NCBI GenBank assembly: GCA_964016885.1
Contig: OZ024743.1
Span: 199,020,001 to 199,084,000, forward strand
Source of the DNA: Eledone cirrhosa
Lineage: Eukaryota
Length of the DNA: 64,000 bases
Reading direction: 5' to 3'
The notes under the pieces were generated by a model that did not search any database, had not been told where the DNA came from, and saw only the letters and a program-made list of their open reading frames with translations. The translations under genes and the position numbers were made by a program. Below are positions 27,360 through 41,060 of this stretch, piece after piece; the first letter of the stretch is position 1, and each line of letters starts with the position of its first letter.

Positions 27360-27546
27360 TGGATTGGCAGTATCGGCAGAGGGTCGGACGCCATGCTTTG
27401 ACGCATAGAGTTACTGCCCTTGCCATTCTGAGTTCAAATCCCGCCGAGGTTAACTTTGCCTTTCATCCTTAAGGGGTCGATAAAATAAAGTACCAGTAAT
27501 ACACTGGATAATTGTTGGCCTTGTGCCAAAAGTAAAAACAATTATT
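27360..27546 (+). mobile_element. Main-family tRNA-derived SINE
   Basis: tggattggcagtatcggcagagggtcggacgcc..gagttcaaatcccgccgagg..gccttgtgccaaaagtaaaaacaattatt. Confidence 0.9.
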
Positions 27547-28597
27547 TCACTGTGGGGTTCATCTGAACTTTATACAAGATAATTATTTCTTCGGAAGTGT
27601 AGTATATTCTGGCTCTGAATAGAAGATCTAATCTCTTAAATTCAGTCTGACACAGTTAAGCTGCGTGTCAACCTTGAGAGATGTTAAGTTTAATGAGACC
27701 TAGAATTTGGGGCCATTTGGAATGTTTTATTTGCGAGCTGATAGAAGTTAAGGGAAATTGCAAGTTGTGGATTTGTTGTCCATGTAAACTATATGATGAT
27801 GACTTGTGCGTGAAGTTAGGTGGATGAACATTGTATGGAGGCCCGCCATAGAGACTTGTATAGAGGCCCGTCGTAGAGACATTTCCTCTAATCCAAAGGG
27901 CCAGCCTTGTCACACATTATGTCAGGTTGCATGTCCATGGCAATTATGTTAAATGTCTACTTTTCTGTGGGATGTTCAGTTACTTAGAACATAATTCCAT
28001 GTGCAGGCTGTTCCGATGATCAAATAACTAGATCAATCATCGACGAAACCGATAGAGATCCGTTCCACTATTTTTTTCTTGTTACCTTTATTAATGTTGC
28101 TCCTGTTCCTATTTTTACTACATTTAGTTTTTATCAAAGTATATTTTTGTTTTGTGTGTGTTATTGATGATATTGTAGTGAAATCTATGCTGGTTGCTAT
28201 TGTACTTGTTATTTATAAGATTCAGCAGCCCAAGGGTGTGCTTCACATACGCTAGGCTTCCTACTCAGGCAAAATACACATGTTGTGTTGCATGACAAAC
28301 AAATTGTTTAAGGCATATTCAAGAAATAATAGATTCCCCACATATTGGAGTCTTAGCTCTGCACGTACAAAGAACCCTCGTCAATTCAGCAACATGTCTG
28401 TTGCCTGTAGCTATGAATTAATCACACCTCTATAGAAAGAAGGCTTGATGTCGCTAAAGGTTTATTTATTCCTCTTTAATCCTGGTAACACTAAATGCAA
28501 CTAGAAAATAAGGCAAGTAATTCGACTTTTGTTACTGTTATTGCCATCATTGATGTGGTTGTCTTTTGCTGATGTTGCCGGTATTGATGCCATTATT

Positions 28598-29240
28598 GTG
28601 GATTGGCAGTATCGGTAGAGGGTCGGACGCCATGCTTTGCAGCAAAGAATTACGGCCCTTTATGGTCTCAGTTCAAATCCCGCCGAGGTTAACTTTGCCT
28701 TTCATCCTTACGAGGTCGATATAATAGAGTACCAGTAATGTACTGGGATAATTGCTGGACTTGTGCCAAAAGTAGAAACAATTATTACCGGTGTCGTAGG
28801 GCGATGGATTAGCAGTAATCGCTAGAGTGTCAGACATTATGCTTTGAGGCATAGAGTTACGGCGTTTTACGCTATGCGTTCAAAACCCGCCGAGGTTAGC
28901 CTTGCCTTTCATCCTGACGAGGTCGAGAAAATAACGTATTAGTAACGCACGGGCGTCGATTTAATCGACTTCCCCCTCACCCCAAAATTATTGGCCTTGT
29001 GTCTAAATCTGGACCCGTTTTAACCTGTGTCGTAGGGTGGTCGATTGGCAGGAATCTGTAAAGTGTCGGATATCATGCTTTGTGGTATAGAGTTACGGAC
29101 CATTACGTTCTGAGTTCAAATCCCACCGAGGTCAACTTTGCCTTTCATCGTTACGGGGCCAATAAAATAAATTACCAGTAAGGTACTGAAATCGATTTAA
29201 TCGATTTTCCTCTCCCCACAAAATTGGAATTGGCTTATGG
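28598..29240 (+). mobile_element. Three head-to-tail SINE copies
   Basis: Units at about 28598-28787, 28790-29015 and 29027-29240, each with A-box-like, gttcaaa(t/a)ccc and gcctttcatc motifs. Units 2 and 3 share a gtgtcgtaggg leader. Confidence 0.85.
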
Positions 29241-29369
29241 CATCTTTTGTCCAGTTGAGGCCCTTTTCTAAAGATACTTTTTATTGTTTATTGTTTTTTA
29301 TTATTTTGCATTATTTTCACTTGATGTAAACACCTACTGTCCAAGGAATGGTCACAGTCGATAGAACGT

Positions 29370-29899
29370 CAGATAGAGGGTTTTGCCGTATACATTCCAG
29401 CTCTCTGCACTCTCTGAGTACATATCCCCTCTTTCCCCTCTCCTCTCTCTCACTCGCCTCTCTCTCCCCCTTCTCTATCTCCCCACTCTTACTTTCACTC
29501 TCTCTCTCTCCATCTATCTATCTATCTACCCGTGCTCTGCTAGATTTTTCTTCTCAGGAGGTATTTGGCTGTGTTCCGATCTGGTGATGGGATAGGCTTA
29601 TATCATGATAACGCCATTACGACTCCATCTGGGGTGATGAATCCATACAAACACCTCTGTTTTGTAAATATGTCCGTCTACTGCTCGTATTTTATATCCG
29701 TGATGATTGGAATGCCTTTGATGACAGTTCTGCTCCATCAGTGACAGTGGGTGCTGGCATGGTGCTAAACAAAACAACATTATACACACAAATTTTGTAC
29801 ACACTTCTTATTCTCTATATTTTCTACTGTTCACCATAATTTCTCCCTCATTTCTCTCACTTTATCTCATTCTCTCTCTCTCTCTCGCTATGGCTCCTC

Positions 29900-29933
<34 letters not shown>

Positions 29934-30043
29934 ATTTCTATCTCTCTAGCTCCCCCTCTCTCTCTCTCTCGCCTTACGCCTCACTTTATCTCATTCTCTC
30001 TTCCTCTCCCTCTCTATCACCATCTCTTTCTCCTTACCCCACT

Positions 30044-30084
<41 letters not shown>

Positions 30085-30210
30085 TCGGTTTCTCTCTCTC
30101 TCTCGATCCCCCTCTCTCTATTTCTCCTTACCCTCACTTTATCTCATTCTCTCCCTCTCTAGCTCCCTTTCTCTCTCCCTCTCTCCCCTACAATCCCCTC
30201 TTTATCTCTG

Positions 30211-30243
<33 letters not shown>

Positions 30244-30670
30244 CTATCTATCCTATCGATCTATCTCTTTCCTCTCTCCCTCCCTCTCTCCCCTACAACC
30301 CCCTCTTTCTCTCTATCTGTCTCTCTCTCCTCTCTGTCTCCCACTCTCACCCACAAACCCCTGTCTCTCCCTCTCATATATTCTTAATACACCACATGTT
30401 TACTCCTAATCAACCAACTCATTCTCTACCTCACTCACCCTACTCTTCTCCTTATTCACTCCATCTCTATCTTTCTCCAGCTAATTTACATCTAAACAAT
30501 AATTCTACTCTTCCTCCTCATCTTTTCTTATTCAACTCTTATTCACAAACACTTACACAATCTCTCTCTCACCCTCTCACTCACTATCTCCCACTCTCTC
30601 TCTCCCTCTCTCCCCCGCCGCTATCTCTAACTCTCTCACACCCCATCTCTTTCTCTCCCCTCTCTCTCCC
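29370..30670. repeat. Pyrimidine-rich (CT) low-complexity region
   Basis: Long tctctc/ccct tracts with repeated ctcactttatctcattctctc units, interrupted by a unique island at about 29530-29800. Confidence 0.8.
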
Positions 30671-30839
30671 ACGATTCCTCCTTATCTGCCAGTTAAGTGC
30701 AGGTAGAGAGTGAAGGGTGGAGGGTCGTCCTCTCCCTACAGACCCAGGCTATTGTTGACATTTTCTCAACACTTCTAGAAAACGTTTCACCTTTTGCTTC
30801 TCTTTATATTTCCCTCCCTCTCCCCTTCCTTCCCGTCCA

Positions 30840-33475
30840 CCACCAGCAACATCATCATACCTAACACCACTACCACAAGAACATCACAACTACTTCCACC
30901 ACCACCGCCACTATCGTCACAACTACCATCAACACCACCAACAACATCATAACTTTCAACAACACAAACAGCATTACAATTAACACTGCCACTAACAACA
31001 ACAACACTATCACTAACAACATCACAGCTAACACCACCATCGACACAACAACCATCAACACAAACAACAACACCACCAACATCACAATTAACACCACCTC
31101 TACCACCAACAACAACACCACTAGCACTAAGAACATTACAACTAACACCACTATCGTCACAACTACCATCAACATCACAATTAACACCACCACTACGACC
31201 AACATCACAACTAACACCACTATCGTCACAACTACAATCAACACCCTCAAAATCACAATTAACACCATCCCTACCACCAACAACAACAACACCAGCAATA
31301 AGAACATCACAACTAACACCACTATCGCCACAACTACCATCAACATCACAATTAACACCACCACTACGACCAACATCACAACTAACACCACTATCGCCAC
31401 AACTACCATCAACATCACAATTAACACCACCACTACGACCAACATCACAACTAACACCACTATCGTCACAACTACCATCAACGCCACCAACATCACAATT
31501 AACACCACCACTACCACCAACAACAACAACACTACCGCCAAGAAGATCACAACTACCTCCACCATCACCACCGCCATCGTCACAACTACCATCAACGCCA
31601 CCAACATCACAATTAACACCACCACTACCACCAACAACAACACCACAACACTAAGAACATCACAACTAACACCTCTATCGTCACAACTACCATCAACATC
31701 ACAATTAACACCACCACTACAACCAACAACAACACCACTAGCACTAAGAACATCACAACTAACACCACTATCGTCACAACTACCATCAACACCCCCAACA
31801 TCACAATTAACACCACCACTACGACCAACATCACAACTAACACCACTATCTTCACAACTACCATCAACACCACCAACATCACAATTAACACCACCACTAC
31901 CACCAACAACAACACCACAACACTAAGAACATCACAACTAACACCTCTATCGTCACAACTACCATCAACATCACAATTAACACCACCACTACGACCAACA
32001 TCACAACTAACACCACTATCGTCACAACTACCATCAACACCCCCAACATCACAATTAACACCACCACTACCACCAACAGCAACACCACTAGCACCAAGAA
32101 CATTACAACTAACACCACTATCTTCACAACTACCATCAACACCACCAACATCACAATTAACACCACCTCTACCACTAACAACAACACCACTAGCACTAAG
32201 AACATCACAACTAATACCACTATCGTCACAACTACCATCAACACCACCAACATCACAATTAACAACAACACCACCACCAACAACAACAACACTAGCACTA
32301 AGAACATCACAACTAACACCACTATCGTCACAACTACCATCAACACCACCAACATCACAATTAACAACAACACCACCACCAACAACAACAACACTAGCAC
32401 TAAGAACATCACAACTAACACCACTATCGTCACAACTACCATCAACAACACCAACATCACAATTAACACCACCTCTACCACTAACAACAACAACACTACC
32501 GCCAAGAAGATCACAACTACCTCCACCATCACCACCGCCATCGTCACAACTACCATCAACACCACCAACACCATCATAACTGTCAACAGCACCACCAACA
32601 TCACAATTAACACCATCACCACCACTATGACAGCCACTACTACTACCACAACTAGCGTGACAACAAAAACCAACATCACAACTACCACCTCCACCACCAA
32701 CAACAACATTAACACAGCCAACATTACCAGCACTGCCACTACCACATCAACAACAAAAATAACAACAGCAACTAATTGCAAGAACCACCACCAATCCAAC
32801 TATAACGACCACCACTATCAACACAACTACCACACCCACCAACACTACTACCATTACTAATACAACTACAACCACTGCCACCACCACCACCATCACCAGG
32901 AACGCAACAACCACCACTATCACCACCATCATCACCATCACCGCTGCCACTACTATCGAAACCACCACCATCACTACTACCACCACCAACACCATCCCCA
33001 CCACTGCTACCACAGCTATCACCACCGCCAACACCACTGCTACCAAAACACCACCTCCACTACCACCACCACCGCCACCACCACCAACAACAACAACAAC
33101 ACCATCCCCACCACCATGACTAACACAACAACTACCACCACCAATACCCTCCCCACTACTGCTTCCACCACCACCAAAAACAACACTGCTACCGCCACCA
33201 ACAACAACATCCCCACCACCAACAACAACATTGTTACCACAATAGCTACCACCACCAACAACATCCCACCACCACCATCAACAGCAACACTGCTACCACC
33301 ACCAACAGCATCCCCACCACCACCATCAACAACAACACTGCTACTACAGCTATCACCACCACTGCTACCACCACCAACAACAACACTACTACCACCACTA
33401 ACACTATCCCCACCACCACCACCACCAACAACAACAACACTACCACCACTGCCACCATCACCACAATCCTTAATT
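30840..33475. repeat. A/C-rich triplet-derived minisatellite with 60-102-bp higher-order units
   Basis: Repeating aacatcacaactaacaccactatcgtcacaactaccatcaac..aacatcacaattaacaccaccactac, decaying into (ACC/AAC)n distally. Confidence 0.9.
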
Positions 33476-34239
33476 CCAATGTAGTATCGATATAAAGACA
33501 GGTGAAATCTCTGATGACTGTTGTGTGTTATAGGCGAAACATGAAGTCAAAATGTTAAAAGAAAACCAAAATAAAACAGTAAAAAAAGGCAATCAAATAA
33601 AACAAAAAAAAAAAGATATAAAAAGACAAACAAAACAAAACATAAAAAGAAAAGAATTATCAAAAATAGAAGAAAAAAAAGACATGAAACAGCCCAAAAA
33701 ACAAACAAACCAAGAAACAAATATCTATACAATCCTTAACCTCCCTCCTCTTCCGCTTCTTACGTTACTTCACCCTCTTCCTACCACCCTCTAGTTATCG
33801 TTTCCTCCCAACCTCACATGAAATTATTTCAAAAAGGTTGACAAGCTCATTCCTTCATCTGGAAGTCCTAGCCTGCTAGCTCCTGTCTCTTTTCTTACTT
33901 GTTGACTTTTTACTCAAGAAATCCTTTAAAATGGTTCACTGAGCATTTTCAAGTACCTTAGCCTTGTTTTCATAATAAATAAGCACTGAATTCAGCCGCC
34001 AGGTATTGCTGGAGTCAATTTTGAAATATGTGCCCTAATAATCGTGCCGTATGTGCAGTATATATACACATACACACATATACACAAATACATATGTAAA
34101 CAGACGCTCATACATACACTTATATACATACGTACATTCATACACATTTACACATACGTACAGAGACGCACATACATACACTTATATACAGACGTACACA
34201 GACACACGTGCATACACGTATATACACACACGTACATAG

Positions 34240-34283
<44 letters not shown>

Positions 34284-34503
34284 TTATAAACACACTTAAA
34301 CAGATGTACTTACATAATATTATGCATACACGTACATACATACACTTATACACACTCGTACAGAGACGCACACACATACACTTATATACAGACGTACACA
34401 CGTGCATACACGTATATACATTCACGTACACAGACACGTACATACATGCACTTATAAACACACGTAAAAAGACGTATACTTTTATGCGCACACGTACATA
34501 CAC

Positions 34504-34551
<48 letters not shown>

Positions 34552-34786
34552 ACACACACACCACACACACATACATGCACATTTATACACACGTACATAC
34601 ATACACTTATACACATATACACAGACGCACCAATATATACTTATACACACACACACGTATATACATGAATGATAAATATATAAAGGAAATATTTAGACAC
34701 AAGTTATATTGAGACTTCTAAATTTGTAGCATAATATATTATATATATGCTTCGAGTATATACGTTGTTTAAATATATATTTATAA

Positions 34787-34975
34787 GTCGATCGATTTTC
34801 GTCAAATCGGACCGAGGAAACAATGTTTCCGTTGGTCTTTCCAATTGCTAATACTCTCTATCGGTCGCAACTCCAGGTAGAAGGAGCAACGTGAAATAAA
34901 GTGTCTTGCTCAAGGACAAAACGCATCGCCTGGTCCGAGAATTGAACTCTCAACCTCACTCACCCACGCGCCTTC
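34787..34975 (-). mobile_element. tRNA-derived SINE, third family (copy 1)
   Basis: Reverse complement matches 48218-48402 (gtccttgagcaagacactttattt..ctggagttgcgac..gaaagaccaacgga..cctcggtcc..tttgacgaaa). Confidence 0.8.
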
Positions 34976-34978
34976 AGA

Positions 34979-35066
<88 letters not shown>

Positions 35067-35075
35067 GTGTGTGTG

Positions 35076-35355
35076 TATGCAGCTTCATATGCAAATGAGA
35101 TTAATCACCTCATTTACACAGACGAGAAAACTATATATTCTCAACTGTTTTCAAGGCCAGCATTCGCAAGCGGTGGGACGGACAACCCAGTGAAGCCTGA
35201 AATGCATACACGGTTGTCCCCCTTGCTTCTGCTGGACACCAACAGAGGGCGTTAGTCCCGGTGGTTGCGTAGCTACGGCTTCCTAATAACGTGTTTCTTT
35301 AGAAATACGAAATTTCTATACATATTTTTATAAAGCTATGCGTGAAGCGAAATCT
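35076..35355 (+). mobile_element. Candidate retrozyme locus 3: single decayed unit
   Basis: Same unit sequence, with the 5' half of the hammerhead core deleted (ggacggacaacccagtgaagcctgaaatgcata). Confidence 0.8.
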
Positions 35356-35971
35356 CGTTATTATAACATAGATAATGAGGAATCAGTAGTGCATCAAAAC
35401 ACAATTTATTAACATATTACATATGTTTCTTCGTCAATCAGCTCAAGGCAGGATCTGTTACAGATCGAACCCGTACTGATTCCTCGTTATCCATAATGAT
35501 ATACTTTGCTCTGCGCGAGTATCGAGTGCTCAAACGGCATACCGGCCGCGGACGCATTTAATTGTAACCCTACAACAACTATACATATATATATATGTGT
35601 GTGTGTGTGTGTCTGTGTCTTTGTGTGTATGTGTGTGTGTGTGTGTGTAAAAAGGAAACAGAAATAACTAAAATAACAAAACAAATGGCACAATATATGG
35701 AAGAAATATATTAGTTTAACGCTTGAAATAACAGGAAGAGAGTCTTAGCATTTCAGACACTAGTCCTTCATCAGAACATTGAGTTAGAAGTTAGAAATAG
35801 AAGATAAATACAAAGTAAAGAATGATGAGAGGAAGGAACAGTGAATGTGAGAAAAGGGATTGGGGACAAAAAGCACACTTGCGTTTATATATATATATAT
35901 ATAGGAACGAGTAGGACCCCGACGGCTGAGCTCAAGCCGTTTCGACGGCTAATTCTGGACTAAATTTCCTT

Positions 35972-36030
<59 letters not shown>

Positions 36031-36644
36031 AAAAATGGAGTGCTGCGTGGTTGGTCATGGGTTACATATGAATAAAATTAATCCTTCATCAGTGATCTTC
36101 CAGCCTTCATTGGTATTTCAGCGCTTTAAAAATAATATAACTCTGGTTGGTGCGAGCAATAACTAAATAAAGTTATTGGGACAAGTAAAATAGCGTGAAG
36201 CGAGCGAGACATGTAAACAAACAAAGATGGTATTGCAACGGAAAGATAGGAAGAGACAAGTACATGATATCTATAAGCTTAAGCTTGGTGAATTCATGGA
36301 CGAGAGATACAGACCATCCGACATGGGTGAGAAGTGAGCGAGAAAAAGATTTCACACAGGTCAAACGGGAGGAAGTGACAGAGGGGAGAATCAGAGAGTG
36401 ATTAAGTGGAAGTGTGAGGAAGAGGCCAGCCGAGAGAGAGTGTGACTGGCAGAGGGGTAAAAAGAAGGTGAGAGATACAGAGAGAGGGGAAGCAATAAGA
36501 AAGAAACAGACAATCGCAGCTGAGGAAAAAATATAAATATAAGAAAAATGGAGTGCTGCGTGGTTGCACATGGGTTACATATGAATAAGAAGGAAAAGAA
36601 AATGCTTACAAATTTTATGTGAAAAAAGTGGCTTGGGAGGTATT

Positions 36645-36805
36645 AAGATTTGGTTGATTGTTGAATGTCACGTGAATAAGCACTATAAATTTCGCGCCAA
36701 TTCGTGTTGCAAAAATTCTTGTAGTCAAAACAATTTTGATTGGTCGGTAGAAGTCACATGAATGTTTTAATTGATTTTAGCGAGAAAAAGGTTTCGCGCC
36801 AAACG
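36645..36805. promoter_or_regulatory. Candidate promoter module with paired E2F-like, E-box and CCAAT motifs
   Basis: TTTCGCGCCAA at 36690 and 36792, GTCACGTGA at 36667, GTCACATGA at 36753, and ATTGG at 36739, in otherwise CpG-poor DNA. Confidence 0.4.
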
Positions 36806-37370
36806 TAGGTTTGTCGAAGAGTGTCTTTTTGTGTTTGTGTATGTGTGTTTGTGTGTATACTAGCATTTTCTAGCGTGCGCGGGTGTAAACTTGTAGAAAT
36901 ATATAAAGAATGAAGTTTAATTTGTGCTTATTTCTTTTAATATATCCAAATTTAAAGGTAGAAGCATGTAAAAGATAACCTGAAAGTGCACTGTGAAATG
37001 TGTTTCTGCTTTCATTAAACAACATGCAATGCACCCATCAACTTATATTTGCATTTTGGTGCCAACTGCTTGACAAAGCACCAATTCACCAGTCATTTGT
37101 TATGCCCTAATTAAATGTCATTTCCTGAAAGAAAAGGAATGGGTAAGTTCAGCTTCTGTGTAGCTGAAAGCTAGGACACACAGACACACAGATGCACAGA
37201 CAGACAGAGATAAATATGTATATATACATAGTTATGTGCGTGTGTTTGTATAAGTTAGTTTCTTAAACTCATATATATTTGTTTATGTGTAAGCATATCC
37301 AACTCAAGATTTATACGATATATGTATGTGTGTTCGGGTGTATGTATGTGTGTGTGCGTGTGTGTATGTG

Positions 37371-37500
<130 letters not shown>

Positions 37501-37502
37501 AT

Positions 37503-38050
37503 GTGTGTTCCTTAATGTATATGTATAGATAAAATTAAAATATTCAAAAACAGTACAGAAAATGTTCATCTTCTGTGTGTTACTCTATACATAGACTATA
37601 GAGCAGTCATGGGCAACGTGCGGCCCGCGAAGCTTTCTGATTGGTTCGCCTAAGTCACTTAAGTGAAATCTTTTTGATATTTTTACACCAAATTTTCAGT
37701 CGTAAATTATCTTTCTAACATGTTTACGATCGAGGAAAACAACGTGTACAAATTCAGAAGAAACAAATAAAAAAAACCTGAGTTACCACCCTTTTTTTTA
37801 ATGTGGGTACGAATATAAATTAGCGCTTGCATCCCGCCTGATGATGAGCCATATCTCATGTGCCCCACTTCTCGCAAAAAGTTACACATGCCTGCTGTAG
37901 ATATTACATAGAATCCCTTGATAAACTAGCAAATTTATTTAACATAAGCTGCGTTAATTACATAAAAATGTTAATATTATGAAGATATTCCACTTAATTC
38001 AGCCTTAAAATATATTTTTTTAACAATTATCATTAGTAATTTTATTATTA
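37503..38050 (+). repeat. ~545-bp local duplication, copy 1 (copy 2 at 42175-42707)
   Basis: Colinear match from gtgttccttaatgtatatgtatagata to catt..tcattagtaattttattatt. Confidence 0.9.
37604..37894. mobile_element. hAT-like MITE inside the duplicated segment (copy 1)
   Basis: Termini CAGTCATGGGCAAC..gcggcccgcg / GTTACACATGCCTG; 8-bp flanks ctatagag / ctgtagat. Confidence 0.7.
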
Positions 38051-38060
38051 ATGTTATTAT

Positions 38061-40585
38061 TGGGAGAATTAGTTAGAAAATTAGACGAGACGATTAGCAA
38101 AGGCATCGCGACCGACGTACTTGCGGCGAAATTGGCCCTTGGCCAATTCTTCACTGCAAAGCACAAAGGCTGCGTTGTCAGAGCTAGGCTGCGGGCTCTC
38201 AGACACGAGGGGACGAAAGCCGTTCAATGGGCCCGAGTGGCAGTGGCAACAAAGCCACGATCCGGTCTTTTGTGGAGCACGACGGGCGCATGCTACTCGA
38301 TCCCGGGCAAATGTGTGAAGCTTTTCAACGACACTTTGCTCAGCTTTTCGGGGGCAGCGGCGGGCCGGATCGAGGGATGGATTTAGTATCAACCTCGACG
38401 GAGTGCCGCGGCTCTCGGCCACTGAGGCGGTGTGTTGCGAAAAGCTGATGACAGCCGGTGAAGTACGGGAGGCAATGACTGGCTGCACAAGGGGTAAATC
38501 GCCTGGTTTAGATGGTTTACGTACAGATGCCAGACCAGTTCGGAGGCCTCTTGGCGGACGTCTACTGCAACTGGCAACAGAACGGGAGAATTCCCAGCTC
38601 TGTGAGCCGAGGAGCGGTGGCGCTGCTGAGAAAGGATCCGAACAAGGGGGATAACAGATAATTTCAGGCCCATAACTCTGCTAAACACAGAGTTCAAGAT
38701 TTTGGCCAAGGTGCTAGCAAAGAGGTTGGCGCTTATCGTTAGTGGTCTGGTGGGAGGGGCACAGACATGCGCCATTCCCGACAGATCCATCCACGACAAC
38801 CTCAACCTCAAGCGATACATCGTAGAGAGTGTAGCTAGGGAACCTGGCACGGGTGGGTCTTTGATTAATTTAGATCAGTCAAAAGCTTTCGATAGGGTCA
38901 ACAATCGTTACCTAGCGGCAGTCCTGAGGGCGGCTGTCTTTGGGCTCGTCTTCAGAGGCTGCATCGCTGCTATGCACAGCGACATCTGCTCTGTGCTGAG
39001 AGTGAACGGTCACCTCTCGGAACCGTTCAACATCATGTGCTCGGTCCGCCAAGGTCTCCTCTCTCGTCCCTCATGTACGTATTGAATCTCGAGCCATTAT
39101 TGCACAAACTGGAGACGTTGAGGGGCGTCCCGCGCGAACTAGAATGCGGAAGATCGGTGTCAGCATATGCGGACGATGTCAGCGTAGTGGTGTCGAACGC
39201 CAAACACATCGAGGCGATCGGCACTATAGTAAGAGAATACGAAGCGGTAACAGGAGCAATGATCAACCAGGAAATGTCAGTGGGCCTGCAGCACACCACC
39301 TTGAGAGGCAGGTCCATGCCGTCCAACAGCTTCGTCGGGCGCTGGACGGACGGACCGGTTAAATTGCTAGGAGTCTGGTTCGGTCCTGACCTCGAGACGG
39401 ATAAAAACTGGGACGAGATGACGAGCAGGGTGGCTTCTCTCACCCAGAAATGGGCGGAGAGGAAGCTATCCCTGAAAGGTCGAGCACAGGTGGCTAACGC
39501 GTACATCGCGTCCGTCATCTACTACCACCTGACCGTCGTACCTTGTCCTAAGCCCCGCCTGACTGCGCTGGAGCGTTTGCTCTTTCGCTTTTTGTGGAAG
39601 GGACGCGCTCCGATGGTCAGGCGGTCCATCTGCTGTCAACACCCGCTACGTGGAGGGCTGGGCATGCCGTGGCTGATGATGCGCAGACACGCGCTCAGGC
39701 TACTACATCTCCACCTCTTCCTCGACGGTGATCAGGTGTGGTCACCGTTTGCTAGACGCGTCTTTCCCCAGCTCGTCTCCTTGACGGAGGTGCAGTCCTG
39801 GGTCAAGCGAAGACTGAGAGGGAGCGCTTGGAATGTCTTCAGGCGCTCACAGCCCTTGACCAATCGGGCAATGTGATCGGTGGAAACTCCACCATTGCGT
39901 TCTATAGAGGATTGGTGGAGGGGAAGAGCGACGACGTACTTGAGCGACGACGCACTCGTCCAGTTTCCGAGCATTGCTGACTTGTGGGTTTATGTCGAAC
40001 ACCTGCAGTCACGTGTAGGACAGATCCAGCTATCAGCTGTGTCCATCGTGAGGATTGCCCCGCCCTCTTCCTTTAGCCGGGAAGGGCAGGCAGTTTTTAT
40101 CTGTCTGGTGGCCATGGCGAAAGAGATAGTATGGTGGACACGTTTGAAAGGGCTGAAGACGAGCACTTACCTCTTCGGTGATGCCCTGATTAACTTTTTC
40201 AAATTTCATTTGATAAGAAAAATCAGGGTAGAGAGGGAAGTGCTCGCTTCCCAGCATTTTGTTGAAAGATGGGTGAGAGAGGCAAGTATGGCCCGAGTGA
40301 ATGGGCCTACTCTGAGTTTGTGTCTGTAAATTGAAGGTGGAAAACCGGGAGACTGGGACTTGCCCTGGTGGTCAGGGTCTCTGTGGCCTTTTAATGGGCT
40401 TTCTCCACAAATGTCCCTCGGAAGTCTCCCCCTTATTGGGGAATTTTTCATTGTTATTTTTTTCTTACATCCTCTGATTTTGTTTTTTACACGCAGAAAT
40501 GCGCATTTGTACCGTCCTGTATTGTCCTGTACTGTCTTTAATGTCTACTTTATGTAAACCTTTGTGGTTAATAAAGAAAGCATTA
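38061..40585 (+). mobile_element. 5'-truncated Tx1/L1-clade LINE, same family as 12.3-18.1 kb
   Basis: Colinear with the reverse complement of about 15085-12362. Motifs LINLDQSKAFDRV, AYADD, KLLGVWFG and C-terminus RVNGPTLSLCL, plus the 3' UTR. An internal deletion lies near 39950. Confidence 0.93.
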
Positions 40586-40752
40586 GGACACCATGCTTTG
40601 AAGCTTAGAGTTACGTCCTTTTATGATCTGAGTTCAAATCTAGCCGAGGTTAACTTTGCTTTTCATCCTTAAGGGGTCGATAAAATAAAGTACCAGTAAT
40701 GTACTGAGTAATTTCTTGCCTTGTGCCAAACGTAGAAACAATTATTATTATT
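40586..40752 (+). mobile_element. 5'-truncated main-family SINE fused directly to the Tx1 3' end
   Basis: aaagaaagcatta|ggacaccatgctttg..gagttcaaatc..gccttgtgccaaacgtagaaacaattattatt. Confidence 0.85.
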
Positions 40753-40848
40753 ATCATTATCATTGCCATCATATTCTTCCCCATCAGTAACATCATCATA
40801 ATTATTATCATCATCATCACCATCATCCTCACTATCACCATCATCACC

Positions 40849-40927
<79 letters not shown>

Positions 40928-41021
40928 TCCTCACCATCATCACCATCATCACCATCATCAACATTACCATCATCATCCTTCTGATCACCATCATCATCAT
41001 CATTACCATCACCAGCACCAC

Positions 41022-41060
<39 letters not shown>

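Noticed and set aside
29530-29770. Possible minus-strand exon after gttgttttgtttAG
   Set aside because: All three frames hit stops before a convincing donor, and no recognisable protein similarity.
30870-32799. Long Val/Leu-rich ORFs resembling membrane proteins
   Set aside because: Antisense reading of an A/C-rich minisatellite; frameshifted and without domain signal.
35745-35780. Minus-strand CTGATGA..GAAA motifs here and at about 42718-42752
   Set aside because: Stem I or II pairing is broken; probably decayed PLE hammerheads, not called as ribozymes.
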